Assembly (NCBI GenBank): GCA_973895155.1
Contig: OZ316898.1
Coordinates: 9,163,079-9,227,078 of the forward strand
From: Marsupella aquatica
Taxonomy: Eukaryota; Plantae; Marchantiophyta
Direction: 5' to 3'
Length of the DNA stretch: 64,000 bases
Shown here one piece after another: positions 12,408 to 22,204 of the stretch. The notes beneath the pieces are model-generated. The model was not told the DNA's origin, did no database searches, and saw nothing but the letters and a program-made list of their open reading frames with translations. Position numbers and translations under genes: made by a program. Position 1 is the first letter of the stretch. Each line of letters begins with the position of its first letter.

Positions 12408-13020
12408 TAGAGCGTCTCCTATATAAAGAGGAGCAGGCTGCCCATAAAATGTTTGCTTTCGCCAGAGAAAATATCTCCTGACGGAGAGCGAATACCAAAC
12501 TCCCATCGAGTCTTACATTCCTCCCAAGCAATTCGACTCTTTCTACCGAAAACCCGATAAATTTATCGGAATAGCCATTCCTGTTCAAGTTCTCCATGTA
12601 AGACTAACTAGTCATTTAGTGTAAAATGTCCAGATCCGAGCGGACTGCGATAAATTTATCGCATTCTGCATTCCTCCGTTGTAATCATTTGATCCAGTGT
12701 TTAGAGAGGTGTTGCCTTCATTCCGATAAATTTATCGGAGTCTTCATTCCTTTCATGGAAAGAGGAGTAATTGAGAATCCGATAAATTTATCGGAGTTGT
12801 CATTTTTGTGAAAGATTGAATTCAGGGGTTAGGTGTCTGAGGAAGTCATATTTTCAATTCGAATGCGGAGTGCGATAAACTTATCGCATCCTCCTGTGAG
12901 AATAATTTTCCTTTGTTTTGTTTGGAGACTCATCTTCATCTCTGATGTCGCACTGTTGCTGGGTTTAGGAGGCACAACGGAAGGTCGATTGCACTCCGTG
13001 GACAATAGGTATTGTGACAA

Positions 13021-13350
13021 ATGGCTGTCTTCCTTGAAAATTGTGTCAAACGTGCACGCCGGTTGTACAAGAGACTCGTGCGACTCAAAGTTCTCCCCAT
13101 CGGTATAGGAGCATTGTGGATGGGTGGTACTGATCCTGGAGATAGGCAGAATCTTCTCCGCATTGAATTCTGCGGAATGAATGATGCAGGAGTTCCAATT
13201 TGTTCGAGGTTGATGTTAACAGCGTGTTTACATTCTTTGGAGTTTTCTTGTAACTATTGTTGTCGTCGTCTTGACAACAAGTACCACAAACAGGCTCACT
13301 TCTATTGTAAGATTTGGAACGAAGACCCTTGGGTGAACCTTTCACGATGA
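13021..13350 (+). CDS. Small Cys/His protein of unknown function (paralogue of 28501-28881)
   Basis: 109-aa ORF with ACLHSLEFSCNYC...CKIWNEDPW, similar to GCIHALNARCPAC...CQLWNTDPF at 28.7-28.85 kb. Confidence 0.6.
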   Translation: MAVFLENCVKRARRLYKRLVRLKVLPIGIGALWMGGTDPGDRQNLLRIEFCGMNDAGVPICSRLMLTACLHSLEFSCNYCCRRLDNKYHKQAHFYCKIWNEDPWVNLSR

Positions 13351-13639
13351 GTGTTTCGACCTTTTCATTGAGGCACGTCTTGTAAGGACATATTTAAATA
13401 AACAAGTCCTACCCTTGCGTAGCGAATATAATACGTCACGACTCCTAATCGTTAAACTGTCGTGCAGGGTTGGTACTGTGGATGTGTTCGGTTACACCTG
13501 GTGATTGAAGGTATTTTTATTGGTGGTTTTGGTAGCTCTGCTTCATGGTTGCATCAGAGAATCTAATCGTTGCAAAGATGGGATCCGTTTTAGCCCACGA
13601 GCGTAGGAAATATATTCGAGGAAAAGTGCCTGGTGTGGA

Positions 13640-13930
13640 ATGCGGAAGTTTGTTGAATCTCACATTTGGCCCCTCCTAGCCTTATCTTGCACACAAGATG
13701 AACACCTTGGCCTTGACCTAAAACTTCTACCAGAAGAACAACTGACTCGAATGAGAACAATCATTTGTCTTGGAGCCACCTCAAAGAAATGGAACCATCT
13801 TGTTGTTGGTACACGATTTTGGGCGCTATTGAAATATGTAGTTCGTGAGATCAATGACATAAACAAAATGCTCGCAAGCATTCCTAATGCCGACCTTCTC
13901 TCAAACATACATATTGCTAGGGTCTTTTGA
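13640..13930 (+). CDS. F-box-like fragment
   Basis: HIWPLL...ICLGATSKKWNHLV....FWALL resembles the ORF at 2201-2770 (HVWLRV...ICKYRLISTQWRDLV....PWRALL). Start uncertain, possibly frameshifted. Confidence 0.4.
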   Translation: MRKFVESHIWPLLALSCTQDEHLGLDLKLLPEEQLTRMRTIICLGATSKKWNHLVVGTRFWALLKYVVREINDINKMLASIPNADLLSNIHIARVF

Positions 13931-14232
13931 GAGGAAACTCATTTCCTCCCTCCCATAGATATGCTTGGGTGCTTTTCGTATGAGCAGTTTGATCAGTTTT
14001 GTAGAGTTTGGATAAATCTTGGAGAAAGCGGGAAGTGGACAATTCTTGCATGGCATGGACGAGTCTGAGTGGATGAGGCATTGCTGCAAACATCCGATAA
14101 ATTTATCGCACTCCTCATTCCTCTAGTCGATTTTGGGTGCTCTAAGTTTTGCTCGAGAAGAGCTTGTAAAGAAACACTTTGAATGTAATTGACTCTGCCT
14201 CCCCTGACTTCGGGTTGTGTGGTTCAGAGTGT

Positions 14233-14800
14233 ATTTATCTGATGTTGGTATTGCAAAAGTGGTTCCTTCATATGGAAGTTGCAATTTGAAATTGAAGCGA
14301 TAAATTTATCTGATGTTGGTATTGCAAAAGTGGTTCCTTCATATGGAAGTTGCAATTTGAAATTGAAGCGATAAATTTATCTGATGTTGGTATTGCAAAA
14401 GTGGTTCCTTCATATGGAAGTTGCAATTTTGAAATTGAAGCGATAAATTTATCTGATGTTGGTATTGCAAAAGTGGTTCCTTCGTATGGAAGTTGCAATT
14501 TGAAATTGAAGCGATAAATTTATTTGATGTTGGTATTGCAAAAGTGGTTCCTTCATATGGAAGTTGCAATTTTGAAATTGAAGCAATAAATTTATCTGAT
14601 GTTGGTATTGCAAAAGTGGTTCCTTCGTATGGAAGTTGCAATTTGAAATTGAAGCGATAAATTTATCTGATGTTGGTATTGCAAAAGTGGTTTCTTAATA
14701 TGGAAGTTGCAATTTTGAAATTGAAACGATAAATTTATCTGATGTTGGTATTGCGAAGAGTTTTCTTCATATGGATAGGAATTTTGAAATTTAACCGATG
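14233..14800. repeat. Tandem array of 71/72-bp units (7 full plus 1 degenerate)
   Basis: Unit starts at 14233, 14304, 14375, 14447, 14518, 14590, 14661, 14733. Unit ATTTATCTGATGTTGGTATTGCAAAAGTGGTTCCTTCATATGGAAGTTGCAATTTGAAATTGAAGCGATAA. Confidence 0.95.
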
Positions 14801-15499
14801 AACCGAAGGATCTTAGTATTGTCGACTAGTATTTTTGTCGCCCGTAGTTTTCGCGATAATTTTATCGGACTGCGCATTGCTGTTGAAAGAATGGCATGTT
14901 GACTATGGTCACTTGCGGAGGTAACTGGTCAATTGCGGAGGTAACTGCAAGGTAAGTTTGATGAACCGTGCAGTAATTCTTATCGACTGTGATGTAAAAT
15001 ATTTTTGGTAAATATCCAAAAACTGAGAAGACTGAGATTGGGTCGGAGCTTTCGTGGCTCAAATCCAGAGTCCGATACAGTTATCGCACTTGGCTCGAAA
15101 TGTGGATATGGATTTATAGATAAGACCTTTCATATATCTTCGGAGAGCGTGAATATGAGGTTGAGGAGAAAGTTTTTTGGATCTAATTGTTCCTTGATAA
15201 TATGAATGTTTGTTAGCATGAATTTCATTGGTTTTGATCATTATTAAATTTGCTGTTTCAATCCGAACTCCGATACGAATTACATTATTTCCCCAAAAAC
15301 GTGTTTTTGATGAAAAAAACTGCCGATTTTGCGAGATTCGGCGGAAAATGAAAATACACTTCTCGTTTAGAGGAAATAGTTCTCGTTCGGTCCGAAATCG
15401 TGTTAGAGATGCTATGACGAAACTTTGGTCTGTCCATATATGATTTCCAAACATAATATTTTAGATTATTGTGAAAAATAGAAGAACGAAACCATAACA

Positions 15500-18400
15500 T
15501 TAACCTCCACTACTAAATGACCCATATTCATGATCTATCATTTTATCACCTAGATCACTTTGGATATCAGAATTGACGCCAATAGGAAGCTGCTCCACCA
15601 ACGTTGGCGGCGCAAACACTGGACTCAATCTCAATTTGTCTATTATGTAATCAGGTTTGACCATTAACTTAGGCGCTTCCTCCAACATTTCTTTCAATCC
15701 AACTTTAGGTCCATTTCTCCAAATGAAATGAGTTGCATGATGGACTGTCTTCATATATCCTGTTCTACCTATCTCAGATCCAGACTTTTGAGACAAGCGT
15801 AATATTATGGGGCTTCCGCTTGACATCCTTGTGAAGACCAATTTATTCCCTGACGAACAAAATTGAGGAGACTCGGAAAAAGTTGAAGCACCTGCCTCTT
15901 CAGCTTCAACATTTGTTGTCTCTCCAAGTGGAAGGTTGTCTTCAATCGCTTGTGCAATACCAACTTGTAGGTCCGTGGTGGGTGTAGTGGCCCCAATATT
16001 CTGCCAACCTGCATCCAATGTGCACGATACCTGCGGTCTCTCGGGATGCAATTTTGATACTTCAGGGTTGAGAGGTTGCTGGAGGGTCGCCCTCAGGGCG
16101 ACCCGACATCATTATGTCGAGTTGAGGTAGCCCTTCAACACCGTAGGTAGTAATGCCAACCATTTCTGTTGCTCGAGCATCCCAATTTCCGCCAAAATCC
16201 TCCTCTACCATAGGACTTGAACCTCCATCATCATGCTGCAACTCACCATCCTCAAGGTCAACTTGCTGAGCGCCCGGTTGGGGGTTGTCCATAGGCCCGC
16301 AAAGAACACTTAGATGAGCTCTACTAGGACCATGTACTCCCATCCGCTCTTTCATAAGGGAGGGAATCCTGTTGCACAAAACCCTTGCATATGCTTGGGT
16401 GAAATGGTGTTCTTGCAAAGTGTCTGAATAGACAAAACAATCTCGGTATGCCAACAAGGCCACCTTCAAAACCTGCCCTCCTGAAAAAAAATTGAGGACA
16501 GTCTCCCCCTCACCGGAAAAACATTCAATAATATTTTTGAGCATGTGTCGAGGCTTGGCATGCGGATTGACAAATCCTCCTCGACTTCCGACCATCTCAA
16601 ACATTGGAGCTTGCCGCAATAAATCTGCCATATCAAATGCGGGAGACTGCTCCTCTGTCTCATTCTCTTTTCCCTTGCTTTTCTCTTGCTTGTTAGCCTT
16701 CACTTCAAAATTGAAATCACAGTCTACATCGGAGTGAAAACTAAATTTTGAATTGAACTCCGGCTTAAACAATTGATTCCAATCAAAATTGTCTTCACCT
16801 GTAATTCCAGCAAAAATGACCTACTCAATAGCTCCTGTAAAAATTAAGCCCTGCGGATTTGGGTGATCTTCCCGATCATAACTCCCGTATTCAACATGGA
16901 TGGCCAAACGCTTTTCATGTCCTAATTTCCTTAGGGCACTCAAGATGTTGGCTGGAAGTGGCCCTGGATGAGTAGTCATGACAACTACAATGGTTGTATT
17001 CCTTGGCAACTCCACAATATATTGGAGCAATACAAAAATTTCCGAATCTGTCCATTCATGTTGTCGTGTCCTACTAAAATCAACAATTGCAAGTGGACAC
17101 ATTGGCGTCGCCTCTTCCAATAACTCTGGCGTGGTTGTCTTCATTAGATTCTCATTGAAGAACGTCAAGAAAGGCTTTGTTCATGTGCGCCCAACTCCAC
17201 CAAATTGTTTGCAGTACAACCCGTCCAATCTCACCATTAGACTTTGAGCCTCCTTCACAATGTTCTTCCTTAATAAACTGCTAAGGTAGACCTCCCCAGT
17301 TGCTCTTCGCAATTTTGTCAACTCAAGTTGAGATCCCAAGGCCGGCATGATGTTTACCACCGAAGCCCATGATGTCCCCCCGAGAAACTTCTCCTTGTGC
17401 TTATCAATGACTTGCTTCAATTTATTCATTACCTTGATCGTATGAGCCATATCTGGCATTGACACCAGATCCATCTTGTTGGAGGCATCTTTCTTGAGAA
17501 GTGCTTTCTTCTCATAAACCGCGGTCAATATATCAATGATATCCTTAGAACTGATCTCCCCTTGAGTTCAAAACATCTAAAAAGAGTTGGCGTGACCAAC
17601 TTAAGTGGCCGCGGCCCACCATACTCTCCTGCCCCGCCAGGGAGCTTCCCTGCCAACCAATCCCAACAAACTGTTTGCCATAAATGGAAAAGATTATCCT
17701 AGGCAAAGAGCAACCAAAAAATGGCTTTCAGGCTCGACTTTCCCATTGTAATCTTTGCGAGGGCAAACCAATCTTGCATTTACATTTATCCACCAAAAAA
17801 CATGTTACTTAGATGTTTCAACTTAGAAATTTCAACTTCTCTGCCTCGCCCCTAGAGCGATGACAAAGCCATATGAAAATGGTTGGGGCAATCATTGTAT
17901 TCAAAGTTCAATTCCGTTTGGGTCGCTCCAAGAGCAAGGCAAAATTAAACTACAGTTCCAACTAATGCAAATGTTTACCTGGTATTTCTGGTTGTCTGTA
18001 CTTTGGTTTGTTCCAATTCCTGGACGCGGTGGTTTCCCACATTCATCAAATTGCCTTCTTGCATGAACAACTATCTCTAGAAAACAAGACTTAAACTGCA
18101 TGGTCTGATTACTGCATTTGAAAGGCTCGAGTGCTCGACCAAAATTGCCCTTGGAGTGAGGTCTGATAAGATCCTTGCTTTCCGATACTGGAGTTTGCTA
18201 GCAAGATCAGTTAGCTTGGCATCCTTGTCTGCCCACCCTTGAATCCATTGTGCAGCCTTTGCGGAATGTTGCCCACTGATTGCAAGAAATTGTATCTCTT
18301 GCTTCTTAACACCAAACAAAAACTGCTTCCGATCGCGTGCAGTATTGTCAAAATGTAACAACTGCTTAGTGCGCTCTAGAAATGGAATAAAATCTGCAAC

Positions 18401-19951
18401 ATGTGGTTCCTGGCCAGGGTTTTTCATCATTGATTTTGCTATCTCTAAGGCATGAGCCTGATTGAATATCCGATACACAAAAACTGCAGTAGGCGGAAGA
18501 ATACTTTTAACCGGGATTTCAAAAACCTCCCTGATTCCAAAAGTGTAGTATTGCTCGATGTTCCGCAAAGCTTTCTGCCCCTCCAATACATCTCGTTCCT
18601 CTGGTGCATCTGTTGGGCATGTATCATCCTCCGGATCCAAGACCAACCTTGCTTTTGACGCTGATACGGGCTTTGATTTTCCAATCTTGGCCTTCTTCTT
18701 GGGCTTCTTGGCGGAGTCCTTATCTTTCTTCTTCAACGCCGCCTTTTTTCCTCTAGTACTTCCTTCACTCCTTGGCTCTCTTTGTTTTCTCTTCTTCTGT
18801 GTTTCAGCCGGCGTCATTTCTTTGGCCTTCATCTTCATCTTCCCCTTACCTCGATGTTTTTCTTCCTTCTTCTTTTGAGTTGAAATCCACTTCATGCAAG
18901 CATCTTTGTCAAACTCGTCAGAGAAAATAAAACTCTTATCAATTGCTTGCTCATATTAAAAGCGTGTTGTTTCAATCATCCTCTGGACAAACCATGTGTT
19001 AGGAAGATTTATAAGGTCCGGATGATCATGCATGTACCGCTTCACAAAGAGGAATCCAAAGACAACATCAACCCCACTCAATTTGAATTTTCCATGCCTC
19101 TCAAGAACATCCTCTGTAGTGAACCCATCTGGAAGAAATCCCATTGAACAAATACTAGCCTCCAAGCGTGCTATCCACTCCACGTTGATAATTGACAAGT
19201 ACATCTTGATTGGCAAGTAAAGTCTGAACCACTGAGATCTTTCTCTGGATTCAATAATGATTGTAACATTGCGGTTATCACTGCAATTTACAAGGACCAC
19301 AGGGCCCAACGCAACTATCTTCTTGTCGTTCATTGTCTCAGCAGTGATTGCCTTGATACAAATCATCGACAAGTCATTCTCCATGATCCCTACTTCAAGT
19401 GCCCACAAAAATCCGGCCTTATCTTGTCCAGGGAAAATAAAGTCCTTGACATCCTCGGCCATAATATTTAACTCTGGGGATCCAAGTTGTTCTCCTTGCA
19501 AAACAAATTGAAACGACAACCATTAAAGCAAGAGATCTTCTGTGTCGCCTCGCCCCTAGAGCGAGCCGGAGACAAGATCTGCATCTGTTAGACAAAGTTT
19601 GAAACTAACATGTGGGTTGGGTCGCTCCTGGAGCGACCCTAGGAAAACTTAAATCAAGGTCCAACCAACAACAAAGTTGGGTCGCTCTTGGAGCGACCCA
19701 TGACAAATCTGAGGCAAGATAGGGTCGCTCTAAGAGCGACCCTTCAAAGACTAACTTGCATCAATTGTTGAATCATACTTACGTGGAACTGTGATATGAA
19801 ATCCCTTTGAGGCGGCCAAAGCGGATTCCACTGACATCTTTAGTAAAGTGTCTTGAGAATCATACTCAAAGATTTTACTAGAATCAAAGTTCAGGGACTG
19901 CCCAGAACTAGAAGTGCTAGTAGAATCATCAGAACTTGAGAAAGTGGCCAT
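15500..19951 (-). pseudogene. Spliced ParB/Srx-like domain plus beta-class N6/N4 DNA-methyltransferase-like fusion gene, disrupted
   Basis: ParB-like: VFEIPVKSILPP...YRIFNQAHALEIAKSMMKNPG...FLAISGQHSAKAA...SLSN (about 18530-18110). MTase-like C-terminal motifs: NPHAKPRHMLKNIIECFSGEGETVLNFFSGGQVLKVALLAYRDC (about 16570-16435). ORFs 19519-18956/18895-18077 and 17528-17181/17168-16821/16772-16062 are in frame across single stops. Frameshifts near 18105 and 16055; candidate introns about 19755-19498 and 17976-17780. Confidence 0.7.
19619..19743. repeat. Three 21-bp palindromes GGGTCGCTC-N3-GAGCGACCC
   Basis: Copies at 19619, 19679 and 19722. Variant with compensatory change at 16084-16104; partial copies near 17845, 17920 and 19548. 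Confidence 0.9.
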
Positions 19952-21099
19952 TGAAAAATGCCTGAAAAACGTTTAGATGACACGTGGCAGCCTAGGATAC
20001 GAGAACGCCTATAGCTGGACCACACCACGGAGCGAGGCTACAAAGCAAGGAAAAAAATCTACTATGAGCAAGGCAAAATCTATAGAGCGAGGCAAGAAGG
20101 AGGAGGGAAACCAGGGCAGCCGGGCAAGAAGACAATGGAGGAGGAGATGGATGCAAGAAGACAATGAGGCAAATGAGGTAATGTCTTTGCCTTTTGCCTT
20201 CCTATACCCTCACTGCCACGGCCGATCGTACCTTCGACCCCCAGCCATGGCCGATCGTACCTTCAACGCCCAGCCATCGCCGATTGTACCTTTGCCTTAC
20301 GCAACCCAGCCACTTGCTCCCTTCCACGCTCTTGTGAACTCGCAACCCTCATAATGACCTAGCTGTATGGGTATCCATAGATTTTGAATAATGGTGTAGT
20401 CGTACGGGTGTCCACAGAATGCCGATCAGAGTAATCAGACTTTCAGCCGCTCGATGTTGTGAACCCTTGACAAACTTGGCTAAAGCCTGCTCACAAATGG
20501 CATAAAGCTCTACAGTTCCAATCATTTCTCTCTTTTGTATGGCGCGTGCGTTTTTGGTCATTGCTCACTCTCGATCTCGCCCTTCGGCCCTTGTCTATAT
20601 ATCTTGCTTTTGTTCGGTGATTGACTCGACTGACTTGGACATTTATGGTTACAAGAGTTCATGCAAGGAAAGTCCTGTTTCAAGTACATTGCGTTAGTTT
20701 TGATGTCCTTGGTTGGTGACACGTCTTCTACAGTCCTTAAGCCTTGGGCCCTCAGTCTTAACTAATACGGGTCGGACGTGCAAACGCTCAAAGGGTGGAT
20801 TTTATTCATTTCGAACTAATAATTATAATTGACTTAGAAGACCCCAACCCACAATTCTAAACCCTAAATGCAAATATAAGTAAATAGGTACTTATGAAAG
20901 AGCAGGCATCTTAAATTGCTGGAAGGGTTATTTTTTTCCCGGTGCCATGTGTCATGGTATTAGTGGCCCACTTGTCAACACCTAATTGGATGGAGGAATA
21001 TTGAAATGTAAATACTTGCCTATTCTAAGGCAAATATATGTGTGGTCAAGTTTAACCTTGGCAGGGTTCGGGGTTTGGCAGGGGTTTGGGGATTTAGTG

Positions 21100-21121
21100 G
21101 GGGGGGGGGGGTTTACTAGTG
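21100..21121. mobile_element. Possible second CACTA right terminus (reverse complement CACTAGTAAACCCCC)
   Basis: G-run then TTTACTAGTG, preceded by TTGGCAGGG repeats. No partner TIR found in the window. Confidence 0.4.
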
Positions 21122-22204
21122 TGGTGTCCTTTGGGCGGGCTTTTGGGGCTTAGGGTTTTAGAAAGCACTTAACGCAAAGTGCTGGCCATTGGATCCAAGG
21201 GAGGGAAGATCTCCACCCTCCAATGAGTCAATCCGTGCCCATTAGGAGTTTTGCCTCCCACTCGATAGTGCATTCGCGTCCCGATTCCTGGTCACTCTGT
21301 TGTCGACCCTCGCCTGATTCACTCTGTCGCCCGCCATTGCTCATGGCTCCGCTTGTTGCTCGTTGCCCTGCTTGAGAGCTTGTCCACCATCGTCCGCCAT
21401 CGCTCGTCCACCATCGCTCGCCCGCCATCGCTCGTCGCTCGTTGCCTTGCTTGAGAGCTCGTCCACCATTGCTCGTCCGCCATCACTTGTCACTGGTCCA
21501 GCATTGCTCTTCGCTTGTCCACCATTGCTCTTGGCTTGTTCACCATCGCTCCAACCATCGCTCTGTCCCTCCAGAGCCCTAATCACTTGTAGGTAACTTG
21601 TGTGGTCGGCTGTCTTCGGGCCTTGTTTGTACTTGGGTGCCACTGTCTCGCTCTGCCGCCACTGTTCTTGATCATTGCCTCATCTACTCTTGTTCCCACC
21701 CTGCGCTCGATCTTGGCCACCATCGTTGTTGTTCCCTCTTTCACTCTGCTACTTTTCCGCTCTCAGCCGTCATCATCTCTTAGTGTGCGGCGAAGCTTGG
21801 GAGAGAAGGGAAGCTTGGAGCGGTGAAGCTTGGGAGTGGCGAGGCTAGGTCCTAAGGTGCACTCTCTAAACCCTCGTTTTTACTTTGAAGCTGCATTTCT
21901 AAATGTGAAATGTTGTGGACATGTCAATGTCGGGGCCAGAAGGAATGGAATTAAAATCATTCTTGCTTGCAGTGCCTTGTTTATTCTTTGCTTCACGATT
22001 CTATGAGGAAATGTTGTGTTGTCGTCCAATGTGATGGACTGTGTCGTCCAATGTGATGGACTGTAACGTAGTTCACTCCCGAGTTCACTGGCATTTAGGA
22101 CTTGCAGATGTGGGTTTTTTAGATGTAGCTCTCGGCTTGCCTGCTCACACTGTCATCCGTTAAAGTTCTTGATCTAAACTTAAGAATGTTTTGTGAACGT
22201 CTGG

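Larger units (their letters stand above)
12554..15087. repeat. Dispersed palindrome CGATAAATTTATCG
   Basis: Perfect cores at 12555, 12648, 12724, 12780 and 14095. Variants at 12873, 14854, 15073 and in the units of the 71-bp array. Confidence 0.9.

Noticed and set aside
14233-14800. CRISPR array or coding repeat (ORFs 14268-14641)
   Set aside because: Units are contiguous and near identical with no unique spacers or cas genes in a eukaryotic context. The ORFs are by-products of the repeat.
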